DNA of 64,000 nucleotides from a virus (Duplodnaviria; Caudoviricetes): IMG/VR virus record IMGVR_UViG_3300042196_000418; one strand, 5' to 3'. Shown piece by piece: positions 41,415 to 52,831 of this stretch (position 1 is its first letter; each line of letters starts with the position of its first letter). The notes under the pieces were generated by a model. It saw only the letters and a program-made list of their open reading frames with translations, ran no database searches and was not told where the DNA came from. The position numbers and the translations under genes were made by a program.

Positions 41415-42278
41415 ATGAAGACCACAAACAAGCGCGCCGACAGCAAGCGTGCCGACAGCGCTCCCCGCCAAGAAGTGAAGATGTACGATCCGAACGAGGC
41501 CGTCATCATCGGCCTCGATACCGACGACGGCCCTTCCCACTGGGGGTACGACGAGGAGAGCAACAAGAATCCGGTGCTCGAAGCCGACGTCAAGTTCACC
41601 TACGAGAACGGCGTCATTCAGAACGTGCTCGCGCGCCGCGACGGCGACAAGATCGTGATCGTGGCGGGTCGCGGGCGTACGCGGCAGCTTCGCGAGGCGA
41701 ACAAGCGCCGCATCGCCGACGGGCTGGCGCCGTGGTTTCTGCCCGTGCGCATCGTCAAGGGCGACGCGCGGAAGATGCTGGTGCTCAAGTACGGCGAGAA
41801 CTCCCACCGTCGCGAGCAGAGCCCGTTCGTGCGTGCACAGCAGGCGTACGAGCTGTCGCAGCAGTTCCCCGAGGACCAGGCCGCGACCATCATGGGGTTG
41901 GGTCTCGTGCAGTTCAGGTCCATCCTCAAGCTGCTCGACGTCGGGCCGGCGGTGAAGAAGGCCGTCATGGCGGGCGAGCTGAAGCAGACGGCGGCGATCG
42001 AGCTGGCGTCGCTGTCGGAGGCAGATCAGGCCGAGAAGCTCACGGCGATCCTCGCTACCGCGGCGGCCAGCGGCGGCAAGCCCACGACCCGCGACGTGAA
42101 GGCCACGGTTCGCGAGGCCAACGGCAAGGCGCCGATCGAGACCCCGGCGACTCGGATCAAGAAGGCGATCGGGATCCTCGACAAGCTCGACGACAGCGCC
42201 ACCAAGGATGACCTCTGGGGCACGATCAAGAAGATCCGCCAGGCACTGTTTCAATCCGCTCAACACAAGCAGCGTTGA
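41415..42278 (+). CDS. ParB/Spo0J-like protein
   Basis: Motifs GVIQNV.AR...IVAGRGR.R and ENSHR..QSP, an HTH (EDQAATIMGLG...), and L.P.VK.AV..G.L...AA..LA.L. Confidence 0.8.
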   Translation: MKTTNKRADSKRADSAPRQEVKMYDPNEAVIIGLDTDDGPSHWGYDEESNKNPVLEADVKFTYENGVIQNVLARRDGDKIVIVAGRGRTRQLREANKRRIADGLAPWFLPVRIVKGDARKMLVLKYGENSHRREQSPFVRAQQAYELSQQFPEDQAATIMGLGLVQFRSILKLLDVGPAVKKAVMAGELKQTAAIELASLSEADQAEKLTAILATAAASGGKPTTRDVKATVREANGKAPIETPATRIKKAIGILDKLDDSATKDDLWGTIKKIRQALFQSAQHKQR

Positions 42279-42720
42279 GAAACGAACCCTAACGACATGA
42301 ACCTGCAAAAGCAACTTAACGCCGTGAGGGAGTCATGACCGCCGCGGACCTCGTACTCGCCTTCGAGCAAGCCTGCTTTCCGTTGTCAGGGTTCCAGCGG
42401 CCAGCGTATTCCGAGCAGCTGTTCGCGCGTGCGCTCGCGCTTGAGGTGAAGACCGAGCAGTTCACACGGGAGCAGTTTCAGCTCCTCGTCGCCAGCGACG
42501 CGCGTGCCATGGCCCGGTGGCCCGTGCTCCACTCACTGCTGGCTTGGCTCGTATCCGACGAGAAAAAGGACCAGCGCCTGCCGGGTCTGCCGGACTGGTC
42601 GCTCGGAGGAACTCAGCCCTATGCGCCAGAGAATAACTGCCTGCGGTGCGGGAACTCTCGCGAGTCAACGAATGACATCTGCGGCTATTGCTGCGGAAGC
42701 CCGGGATGTGAGGTGTGCTC

Positions 42721-43035
42721 GTGAAGCCGACCGCCACCACGATCACCGACGCACAGTGTGAGGCAGTTGTTGCCCTGATGCCGTTCCAGCAAGACCTGCT
42801 CGACAGCGCGCTCGGCACCACCGAGCCGCAGCGTAACCAGGCACGTCACGAACTCGCGAAGCTGTGGATCGCGCTCGCGTGTACGAGCTGCACGTTGCAG
42901 TACCTCGGCGGGAATCACCCGACGGGCTGCATCTTCGTCGGCTGGGGACATGGCTGGCAGCCGTGCAGCAGCGGTGGCGGCTCAGGACTTTCTCCGATGG
43001 GCAACACGCTCCGCGCGAACGGCGGTGGCAAGTGA
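42721..43035 (+). CDS. Divergent TITDEQ-family protein
   Basis: TATTITDAQ...SALG...QARHELAKL. Confidence 0.55.
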   Translation: MKPTATTITDAQCEAVVALMPFQQDLLDSALGTTEPQRNQARHELAKLWIALACTSCTLQYLGGNHPTGCIFVGWGHGWQPCSSGGGSGLSPMGNTLRANGGGK

Positions 43036-43282
43036 GCACGCCGCTGACTGGGGCAGACCTGCGCGTGCTTCGCTTCGCGCTCGGCGCGCCTTCTCGCGGC
43101 GAAGATGGCATCACCCCGCGCGGCAGTACGCCGCATCGGCACTTCGCGAAACTCGTGCGTCGCGGTCTGCTCAGGGATAACGGCTGGGGCGTTCACGTCG
43201 ACGATCACTTCAAGGACGTGCGGCTCTACGTCATCACCCAGCGCGGCGTTCGAATGCTCGCCCGCGCGAACGGCGGTGCGAA

Positions 43283-43747
43283 GTGATCACCGCCGACAAC
43301 ATCACCGACGAGCAGATCCGTGAACACGCGCGTGGTGCGCTCACCGCTGCGCAGCACAAGGACTGCACGCTGGCGCTCGGCGCTCGGCGCGAGATGCTGA
43401 CGCTCGTCGGGCGCAGACTGGAACGAACGTATCCGACGACGAAGCAGCGTAAGGCAGCCCGCGCGCGCATCGCCGCGATCCTCAACGCCCGCGCGAAGAG
43501 CAGCCAAATGATCACCGCCGACACGATCACCGACGAGCAGATCCGCCAGGTCCGCGCAGACAGCGTCAAGCACGACGACTACATCGCCCGCGACATCGCT
43601 GACCTTGCGCTCGGAGTCACTCTACCGATCGGCGCCAACCTCCAGGGCGGCGGTTGGATCAACGGGCTGCGCAACTACATGACCGTCGCCGAGGCCCGCG
43701 CCCGCTGCGCCGAGATCCTCAACGCCCGCGCGCAGGAGGCGCAGTAG
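43283..43747 (+). CDS. TITDEQ/ARARCAEILN family protein with two units fused in tandem
   Basis: MITADNITDEQIR...ARARIAAILNAR followed by MITADTITDEQIR...ARARCAEILNAR. Confidence 0.85.
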   Translation: MITADNITDEQIREHARGALTAAQHKDCTLALGARREMLTLVGRRLERTYPTTKQRKAARARIAAILNARAKSSQMITADTITDEQIRQVRADSVKHDDYIARDIADLALGVTLPIGANLQGGGWINGLRNYMTVAEARARCAEILNARAQEAQ

Positions 43748-44054
43748 TCATGGGGGCGGCTGCATACAACCGCGGTTCCGCGCTCGTCTCTGCTGCGGCC
43801 GACGCAGCGATGCCGATTGCGACCTTGCGTGCCGAACGCAACGCGGACAAGGACGAAAACGATCGGCTTCGCGCCCAGGTGGCGCGGCTCGAAAGCGATC
43901 TGCGGCGCGCTCGCCGATGCATCGCCGAACTGCGCCGCTCGAAAGAGGAGCGCATCGCCGAGCATCGCGCGGATTCAAGGCGCAGCGACGCAGCGATCTC
44001 AATGCTCTGCCACATCGCATTTCCCAATGACCCCCGCACGAACAGCGGTGGCAA

Positions 44055-44360
44055 GTGAGCACGCCCGTGATCGGCACGACGATCACCGACGACCAGATCC
44101 GCGGTCTGCGGAGGGTGGCTCAGCACTGGCACGAGATCATCACGATCTTGACCTGTACAGTGGCCCTCGGAGAGGACGACGAATCGACAGCGCCTGATCG
44201 GGCGAACGCCCGCGCGCGCTGCGCAGAGATCTTCAATGCCCGCACCCGCGAGAAGTGCCACGCACGTGAGCATCGCGCGCACGTCGGTGATGTCTGCGAG
44301 GGAACGTGCTGCACCGCGTGCGGCGGACCGATCGACGCGAACGAGGAGTGCCGATGCTGA
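44055..44360 (+). CDS. TITDEQ/ARARCAEILN family protein with a Cys-rich tail
   Basis: GTTITDDQIR...ARARCAEIFNAR...CEGTCCTACGGPID..EECRC. Confidence 0.8.
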   Translation: MSTPVIGTTITDDQIRGLRRVAQHWHEIITILTCTVALGEDDESTAPDRANARARCAEIFNARTREKCHAREHRAHVGDVCEGTCCTACGGPIDANEECRC

Positions 44361-47300
44361 AGACCGCGGTGACGGTGCACTGGCAGCAGTGGGTCGAGAC
44401 TTGGCGTCACGTCTCGGCAGGCGGCTATGGCCTCTATATGGACCGCTCGCAAACATTCACGCGTGCGGAAGAAGCACGCGGATTCGCCGCAGGACTGCGG
44501 CTCAATCCGCTGTGCCGCGACGTCAGGAGCGCTACGTGAAAGAGTCCCATCCCCACCAACTCACCCCCGAGGAGTGCGCGGCCGACGTCGAACGCACGCC
44601 GCAGAACCAGGCCAAGGCCGCCGCGTACGAAGCCTACCTCGCGGCCAACCGCATTCTGGGGCTACTCGACGAGACGACCGATCCAGCGTGGGTCAAGCAC
44701 GCGGAAGCAATCCGCCAGCACGCCTGGTCGCTTTACCAGGCACTCGTGGCCGACACGGAGTGGTGATCATGCACAACAGCAGCAAGTCCTACAGCAACAT
44801 CAAGGTCGCCGCGCTCCTCGACGGCCTCACGTCAATCGACAGCACCTGGACTCAAGACGATTTCGCCGCGCTCTCCGTGGCCGCGGCAGATCAAGCCGGG
44901 GCGTCGGTGCGCGCGCAGACGCAGATCGCCGCGATCGTCGGCGTCGCCACCACGAAGGATTCCGCACCATGACCCAGGCCCTACGCGATCTCGCGGCCAC
45001 ACAGCTGGACGCCTTCACCGCGGAGTACGGGGCGTCCGATGATCGCGAGCAAGCGATCGAGCGCTGGATGCGCCACCTGGTTGATACCGGGCAAGTCCCA
45101 GACGACATCCTGGCCGCAGTGCCGGAGGTGTCTCGGCACAACACGCCCCAGATCGACCCGCAAGAATACGAGTGCGGCTGCGTCGTGATGACACGCATCA
45201 CCGATCGTGATTGTCGGACATGGCGCGGGTACGACGAGAAGCCGTTCGAGATGCGGCTCATCCTGCCCTGCAACGGCGGCACGGACTGCGAGTTTGCGCA
45301 TCTGCGGGAAGGAACCTGATGCCACGCATCCTGATTACGATGATGGCCGATGTCGAAGACCTCGCAGGGTTCTGGCCCAATGATCCACCAGGCGTCACGC
45401 AGCACAACGCCTACGCGCTGCTCAGCGACGTCAAGCATCGGCTGCTCATGAGATTGATGGAGAACCAAGCCGCAACGGACGTCGACGACGTGACGAAAAG
45501 CGCCGTCGATCGGTCGTTGCGGGACGACTTGCAGCTTGCGGAGCGCTTGCTAGCGAGCGTTCGCATCGAGGTGACATGACGTTCAGCAGTATGGAGATCT
45601 TGGTCGAGCGACGTCTCGTGATGAGGGTGCCACGCACCGACGGACTCGCGTCCATGAAGGCCGCCCGGGACGTGAGGATCCAGCGCGCCGAGCGCCGCCG
45701 AAAGGCTCGCCGATGAAGGACAAGCCGCGCAAGGTGTTCCACATCAACGGGCACGATATCGCCGCCGGTGACCAGGTCGTCGCTCTGGTGTGCTGGCCCG
45801 GCGGTCGAACCACGATCACCCAAGGCACGTTGATCAACGTCCACGAGGGCGAGGCGTTCGTCGAGTCCCCGCTCGGCCCGGTTGCCGTCGACCTCAAGAC
45901 CGTGGAACCCGGATGAACCCCGAGACCTACCGCAAGATCTGGACACCCGAGCGCCTCGCCAAGCGCGACAGCCTCGACCAGCTCCGGCTCGCGATCGATT
46001 TCCGCCGCCGGTTCGAGCCCGAGCTCCCCGCGCCCCTGGTACGCGCCGCGGCACTCGTCCAGGTTCATCGTTCTGCCGATCAAGACCGAACCGTTTTTCA
46101 CGAGCGGGCCAAACATCCAGAACATCCCGCGCTCGCGCTCCAACGGCGCGCCGCCGTTCCACTGGTCCTCGGGGCGCCGTCCGAGGCCGCCTCTGATCGA
46201 GCCCGATCACGAGGCCGTCCGCCACGAAGGAAACTGAGCATGCGTTACATCGACGACAAACCGAACGGGATCATCCTCAACCACACGGCGGAGTGGAACG
46301 GCGCGGTGCGTATCGCCTGGTACATTCCCAGCGAGCGCCGCGATCCCGGACCGACACCTCCGTCTCTGCGCGAGTGTTGGTGCAGCGGTCCTGATCTCGT
46401 TGCCGGTCGCTTCACCCCCGTGAGTGCGGCTGACCGACAAGTCTTACGGACCAGCGAGCAGCCTTCCCGCGGTGTCGAAGTTTCCGAGCCGCCGGTCAAT
46501 GTCATCACACGCGCCGTGGCACTCGCGGTCGAGACATATCTGCGCTCCAAGTTGGCACGCTTCCTTGACGACGACCTCTTCATCCCACGGGGCACGCTGT
46601 GAAGTTCGACCTGATCCGACTCGGCGAGCAGCTCGCCGAAGAGAACAACGCGGCACACGACCTGTGGTCTTGGCTGCCCTCCCACGCGATCGCCGAGAAG
46701 CACCATGGCGACTACGCCTCGGAGCACTGCCCGAGCAACGCCGACGTAATGAAGGAGGCCGCCATGTACCTGGGGCATCTGAAGCACCCCGAGGTCGCGC
46801 TGACGCCCGAAGAGCAGGAATGGTTCACAAACTGTCCATGCGGGGACGACCACTCTACGGAGAAGGCTCCGTGACCAAGATCGATCAAGAGCACGCGCAG
46901 AAAGCGCTCCAGCACGTGCGCAGCGCCATGATCGCCAACAAGCACGGGGCACCGCCCGGCCCTGCGCTTGAAGCCGCCGAAGAAGCCTTGCTTCGGATGC
47001 TGTTCTCCGAAGAGGAGGTCGTCGAATACCTCCAGTCACTCGGCGCGCAGGTGTACCGATGATCCGCGAAGCGGCGACCGCCGGCCTCGCCACGTGCCAC
47101 TGCTGCGATCAGGGCTTCCGCCGCGTGGCCGGGATCCATATCGGCAGTCAGCGCCTGGGGATGATCTCAAACGAACCGTGCGCGCGGGTGTTCGCAACGT
47201 GCGACCAAAAGGCGCCGGACCTCGCACGTTCCTGGCTGGCCTGTGTCGATGGAGCCCCCCTTCGCAAAGGCAGCGGAGAAGTCCGTCGCTACACCTCAGC

Positions 47301-50300
47301 CTCGACGGCACGTCGTGCCGCTCGCAAGGCGGCACCGCGGAGGTGGCATCCATGATCGATACGAAGATGATCAAGCGCATCATTCAGGTCGCCTGGCACC
47401 GCAACGGTGTCGACGGCGGCGGTTTTCACGCGGTGATATTCACCCACGTGCTGCACATCTGCGCGCTCTGCGGCAGCGAATGGGGCTGGGGACCGATCGG
47501 CGCGACGATCAAGCAGCGGACCTGTAGGCTCGGTCAGGGTGACAAGAAGCACAAGGCCGCGGCGCGACGGGTCAAGAAGGAAGTTCGGCTGCTCGGTATC
47601 GTCTACGACACGCCCGGATGCGTCTCGGTGCTTGACATCGACAAGCTGAGCGATCCGGCGATCGGCGTGGCATTCGGTGATTTCGGCGATGGCAACTCGT
47701 GGCGCGGAAGCCTATTCGAGGGCGAGCTCCGCGCCGCGATCAAAGCACACTCCAGCGACGGCTCGACCCGCATTGGGCCGTTCGCTATCCCGACGAAAAG
47801 GCGCCGCCCATGATCGAGATCGAACGCCTGATCAAGCGCCTGCTCGACAAGCACCAGACGATCCGCAAGGAACTCGGTGACCTCAAGAAGACCTATAACG
47901 GCAGCGTCAGCCTGCACTGCCAGAGCTTGAACGACCAATGCGATCTCCTGGAGGAAATCCTGGGAGTCCCGCGCTCGTATCCACGCGCTTCCCAGGAGGA
48001 TCGATGACGCGCTCTGAGTACCAACGGATCTGCGATCGAATGGCCCGCAAGGCGATCCGTTACACAGCGAAAAAGGTCATCGACGAGGAGCTGAACGATG
48101 ACGTTGAGACGCAGTGCGAACGCTGGATCAACGCGTTTCTCGACGAACATTTGCCCGACATCGATCCAGACGTGCTGCTCGCCGTAACGCCCAACGCGGA
48201 CATCTGGCTCAAGCTGCTTGTACCTGCTGATGCAGCAGTCGCAGCGTTCCAGGCAGATGTATGGGCCGCGCTCGTCAGGCCGGGAGTTCCACGCGCTGCG
48301 GAGGACCGATGACCGGCCAGCAGAAGCGCTGGATCCACAAGGACGTTGCTTGTCGGCGCCACGTCGCCGAGGGCATCGTGCAGAGGATCTATGTCGCCGT
48401 GCAAATCGCCAAGCGCCAAGGACTCCACGGCGGCTACACCGTCGACCTCATCGAGCGGAGCGTCGGCCGCAACCTCACCGTCTACGAAAACAGCGTCGCG
48501 CACCTCGCTCGCGAGCACCTGGGCTACAGCAGCCCGCCGTGCGGCTACGGCGGTCCCAAACCGCGGGGTTCAGCGAAAGAACCGTCACGCGCGATCGACC
48601 GCGTAAAGGTCAACGAAGCCATGCGACTGGTCTCAGAGGGGGACGCGATCATTACCGACGTGCTCAAACGAAGAAAGCGGTCCACCAGGTCCCGCAAGCC
48701 TTCGTTCAGCGTGCTCCTCAACAAAGCGGCGAACATCCTCAACGTCGCTGCGCGCGCATGTGCGAAAGCCGGCGCCTCGATCCGCGCCGGAACGCTTCGC
48801 GAGCGAGCGAAGTACGCACGGTGCGCCGACTTCGACATGCTGGCGCTCTACAAACACTACAACTTTTTTCAGGAGGACCGGTGATCGACCTCAGCCGCGC
48901 GCGCAACGGTTTCCGCGTCGGGGGCAGACTCCCGATCGCTGTTGTCGGCCAAGCCTACGACTTCATCACGGTTCTTGAGCGCGTCGAGCCCGACATCCGG
49001 GGCGACAGCATCCCCGCGCGCTACGACTGCCGCTGCAATCGCTGCGGTGCGATCTTCGTAGCGAAGGGATCCGACGTGGTGCATCGCCGCGTCCGTCTCT
49101 GCTGTCAACCACGGAGGCGCACGTGAAGTCCGACAAGATCTACCAGGTATCGATCCACTTCCGCGGCGGCGGCATGTCGCTCCGCTACGTGCAGGCCGAC
49201 AGCGAGGACGAGGCGATCAGCAAGATCAAATCCGCGCTGGCTAACTTCGACTCCGGCCCCAGCGCAGATGCCATGCGCCGGGGCATCGAGTCTGCCCGCG
49301 CCCAGACGGTGTCATGACCGAACGAGGAACAGCCATGTTTGAGATCGAGCGGCTGCCAGGCAAGTCTCCACTCTCCCCGTATCGTTTTCAGAGTGATGAC
49401 GACGCGATGGGTGGCCACTGGACGTTTCAGACCACCCAGGAAGTAGGTACGTTCTTTTGGGGCCGGGACGTGGCGCTCTACCGCGTCTCCAAAGATGGGC
49501 GCGAGCTGGGCACGCCAACGACGAGCGACCTGGACGCGCTGATCGCCTGGCTGGAGCAGGAGAAGCTGTCATGATCGACCTACCCGCTGACACGATCACT
49601 GTCGGGCTCCGGCTGCGACTTATACTTGCTCGATCAGTTGAACGATCGAGACTGCTGTCAACCACGGAGGCGCGCGCGTGACGGTCAGCGGCACATACGT
49701 GCGCACGTTCGACGAGGCCACCCACGCCCTGCCTGACGGCATGCACATGCACGCGGACTACCCGTTCGTGCTGCCGAAGATCGTCGGCCGCGCGCCCGAT
49801 TCGATCACGATCGAGGGCCGTGGCGAAGCGAAAGTGACGTTGTCGATTCGCCGTGATGAAAAGGGAGGCGAGTTCTGTGCGCTTGAGTGGCAGCACGTGC
49901 AGATGGGCACGTTCGAACGGCTGTTCAGCCGGCCGCTGACGAGGCTCAAGCTGCTGCCGTTCAAACGGCTCGGCACGGTGAACCAAATCGACGCCACGAC
50001 GCCGAGCGCGTGCGAAGGCACGTGGATCACCTATGCGCCGACAGACAACCTGCGTTGGGTCTCATGGGAGCAGCACGGCGACGCCGAACACGATCCGGAC
50101 TGCCGTCCCGTCGCTTGGCCTCCACCACCAGAGGTCCTGGCCTTCTGGGAGTCGGGCCTTGGCGGTGGCGAGGGCGCGGACGCCTACTGCACGGTCGTCG
50201 CACTCATGCGCGCACCGAGCGAGGATGCCGCAGCAACCATCGTCAAAAAGGCGTGGACGCCGGGCGTTGGCGAGTGGCGCTTCAACCGCGAGTACGGCAA

Positions 50301-50650
50301 GGACGTGCCACCCGGCGAACGCTTCCCACCGCCGAAGTGGTCGATCCAACTGAAGCGTTGGCCCTGGACGAAGGAGCAGCCGTGACAGAAGGCGATCTCA
50401 AGGACATCTGGCAAGAGGTTGATGAAGCGCTGTCCCCGACGAACGTTCTCGACGGCGACTACAAGAAGTGCCTCGACGTCACGACGTGCATCGACGGTGG
50501 CGACAAGGGGGAGCCGGTGTTCGTCTTTGAAGCAAAGAGCCCGCGAACCGCCGTGAATGACCTCGCGATGTCGGTCTACTGGAGTACCGACTCACGTGCC
50601 GAGGCCGCGGCATTCCTCCGCCAGCTTGCCAGCAAGATCGAGGAAGGCAC

Positions 50651-51388
50651 ATGACGGGCGACGATCTCAAGCGCATGCAGGACGGCTTCCTCAAAGGAGC
50701 GAAGACGCTCCTTTGTCAGTACGAACAACTCCGACCTGTGGGCTTCGTCATCACGCTGTACAAGCACGTCGAGAAGCTGTTCGAGAGTGGCTGGGGCATC
50801 GAGTTCATCGATCCCAAGAGCTGCGTGGGCGTAAACGGCGACGGCACCGCCACGCTCGTGCTCGATCTCACGATGGGCTGGAAACGGCTCTATCACGCCG
50901 TCGTGACCGTGTTCCCCGAGACCAAGGAAGTGCTGTCACCGATGATCACTCTCGCCGAGACCATTGCCATCGACGATCCGTACAAGCGGGTGATGCGGCC
51001 GTTTCTGGCGCACACACAGATGGACGAGAAAGACATCATCGCCGCCACAATGCGCCACGTTTGCGGAAAGGTCGACGCCTATGCCAGCATCTTCCAAGCG
51101 GAGGCGTGGAGGCGTGACGTCGACCTCGACAAGGAGAGCGAGGCCGACGTCCCCCAGAACCTGAGCAATGACGCGAAGGCCGTCGAGGTCATCATTAGCT
51201 CGATGGAGACCTACGACTTCACACGCATGCTCAGCGTTCCGATCGTGCGCGAAGGCGGGAAGAAGCGTGATGCGGGCAAGGTCGTCGGTTTCGGAGAACT
51301 GGTCGAGGGCCTCGACACGCTGGACAACACGAACGTGGTGGATGGACGCCTCGCGCGCTTTCTCAAGCCGCTGGAGATCGCGTCGTGA
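50651..51388 (+). CDS. Hypothetical protein (245 aa)
   Basis: Long coupled ORF with protein-like composition. Confidence 0.7.
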   Translation: MTGDDLKRMQDGFLKGAKTLLCQYEQLRPVGFVITLYKHVEKLFESGWGIEFIDPKSCVGVNGDGTATLVLDLTMGWKRLYHAVVTVFPETKEVLSPMITLAETIAIDDPYKRVMRPFLAHTQMDEKDIIAATMRHVCGKVDAYASIFQAEAWRRDVDLDKESEADVPQNLSNDAKAVEVIISSMETYDFTRMLSVPIVREGGKKRDAGKVVGFGELVEGLDTLDNTNVVDGRLARFLKPLEIAS

Positions 51389-52831
51389 TCCAGATGCGCA
51401 TGCAGGAGCGTCCCTACACGACGCGTGATCGCGTAAGCACGATGGGCAAGAGCTCGGTGGTCGCCGAATGCCCGTTCTGCGGCGCCGCGGTCGTGATCTT
51501 TCTGTGGTCGATCGCCGGCAACGGCAAGAAGCTCTGCTCGTGCGGCGCTGCACTGCACTCCAATGGAATCGCGCGCAAGCTCGTCGAGCAGGAAAACGAT
51601 CCCGAGAACCATCGAGCGCCTGCTCGAGACGCGGACGGCGAGCCGGGGAACGGCAGCGAATGAGCAACCCGCCGCTCACCGCGGGATTGCGGGTCGTATT
51701 CACCGAGGACCTGTCTCGGGCCAGCTTGCGCAGTCTGGCGGGCACGGTAACGGAAGTCATCGAGCAATTCCGCGTCGGCCCGCGTGTGTGGGTACAATGG
51801 GATGACGGCGAGCTAGCGATCGAGGATCCGCGAACGTTGGTGGCGCTGTGACCGCGGACGAACTGGTCAGGCTCCGCACGCTCGCCGCGAACATCGTCGC
51901 GGCGGCAGGGCTGTGCGCGGCGCATCAACTCGGCTTGGCTTCGTGTGGCTGCGACCAGGGGACGCCCTCCGACGCGTGGGTGCCGAACGTGAACGGTCGC
52001 CTTCCGCCGCAGATGTGTCCGCACGCGTCGTGGTCACGCAAGGCCCGCCGCACGTGGGACCTCGAAGATCCGCCCGAGGCGGAGTGCGACACCTGCGGGA
52101 CGCGCGCCCCTGCGTCCGCCGACATGATCGGTGAATGCCTCGTGGCGCGCTGCCCGTCGTGCACTGGGTGGACGATGTTCCACAGCAAGCCCGACAGCGA
52201 GCAGGCCAGGGATTGGACGTGGCATTGCGAAATGTCCGGCGACGTCATCGCCCGCGAGTTCGTTGGCATTTCACCTGGCCGCGCCTGTGAGCAAGCGGAT
52301 TGGCGAGCCTCCTCGCGGACCTGGTGCGCCACGCCCGAACCCGACGCAACCGAGGCTCCATGACCAAGGTACATCTACTCATCGACGGGTATCGGCTGAT
52401 CGCGTGCGGCGACGGCAACGGTGTGCCAAGCGACGAGGACGACACGACCACCATCTCCAAGGTGACGTGTCTGGCGTGCCTCCACCGGGGCTTCAAGCTG
52501 TACGAGGCGCTGACCGAGGCGATCGCCGTGCGTCTCGTCGAGCTCGGGGAGACGAAGCTGTGAAGCGTATCGCCCGCAAAGCACGTCGCAGCGCTGTGAA
52601 CCACGATCTCGCCAAGGCCGCCACGAACTACGGCGAGGCACTACGTCGCCAGGCCACGCTGTCCACGGCGCTCCATCTCGCATACTCGCGTGGCGAGGAC
52701 GCGACCGCTCTCGATCGCGATCACTCGGCTGCGTGCGACGAGGTCGGCACCACCGAGCACGAGCTGCTCGTTTGCGCGGCGGTCGTCGGCGGGTGGACGC
52801 GCAAGGCCGCCGAAAAGTCTGTGTGAACCCC

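Noticed and set aside
36649-44360. TITDEQ/ARARC DNA repeats as a second CRISPR array or a diversity-generating retroelement
   Set aside because: Spacing is irregular, conservation is in-frame and coding, there is no adenine-specific variation, and there is no reverse transcriptase in the window.
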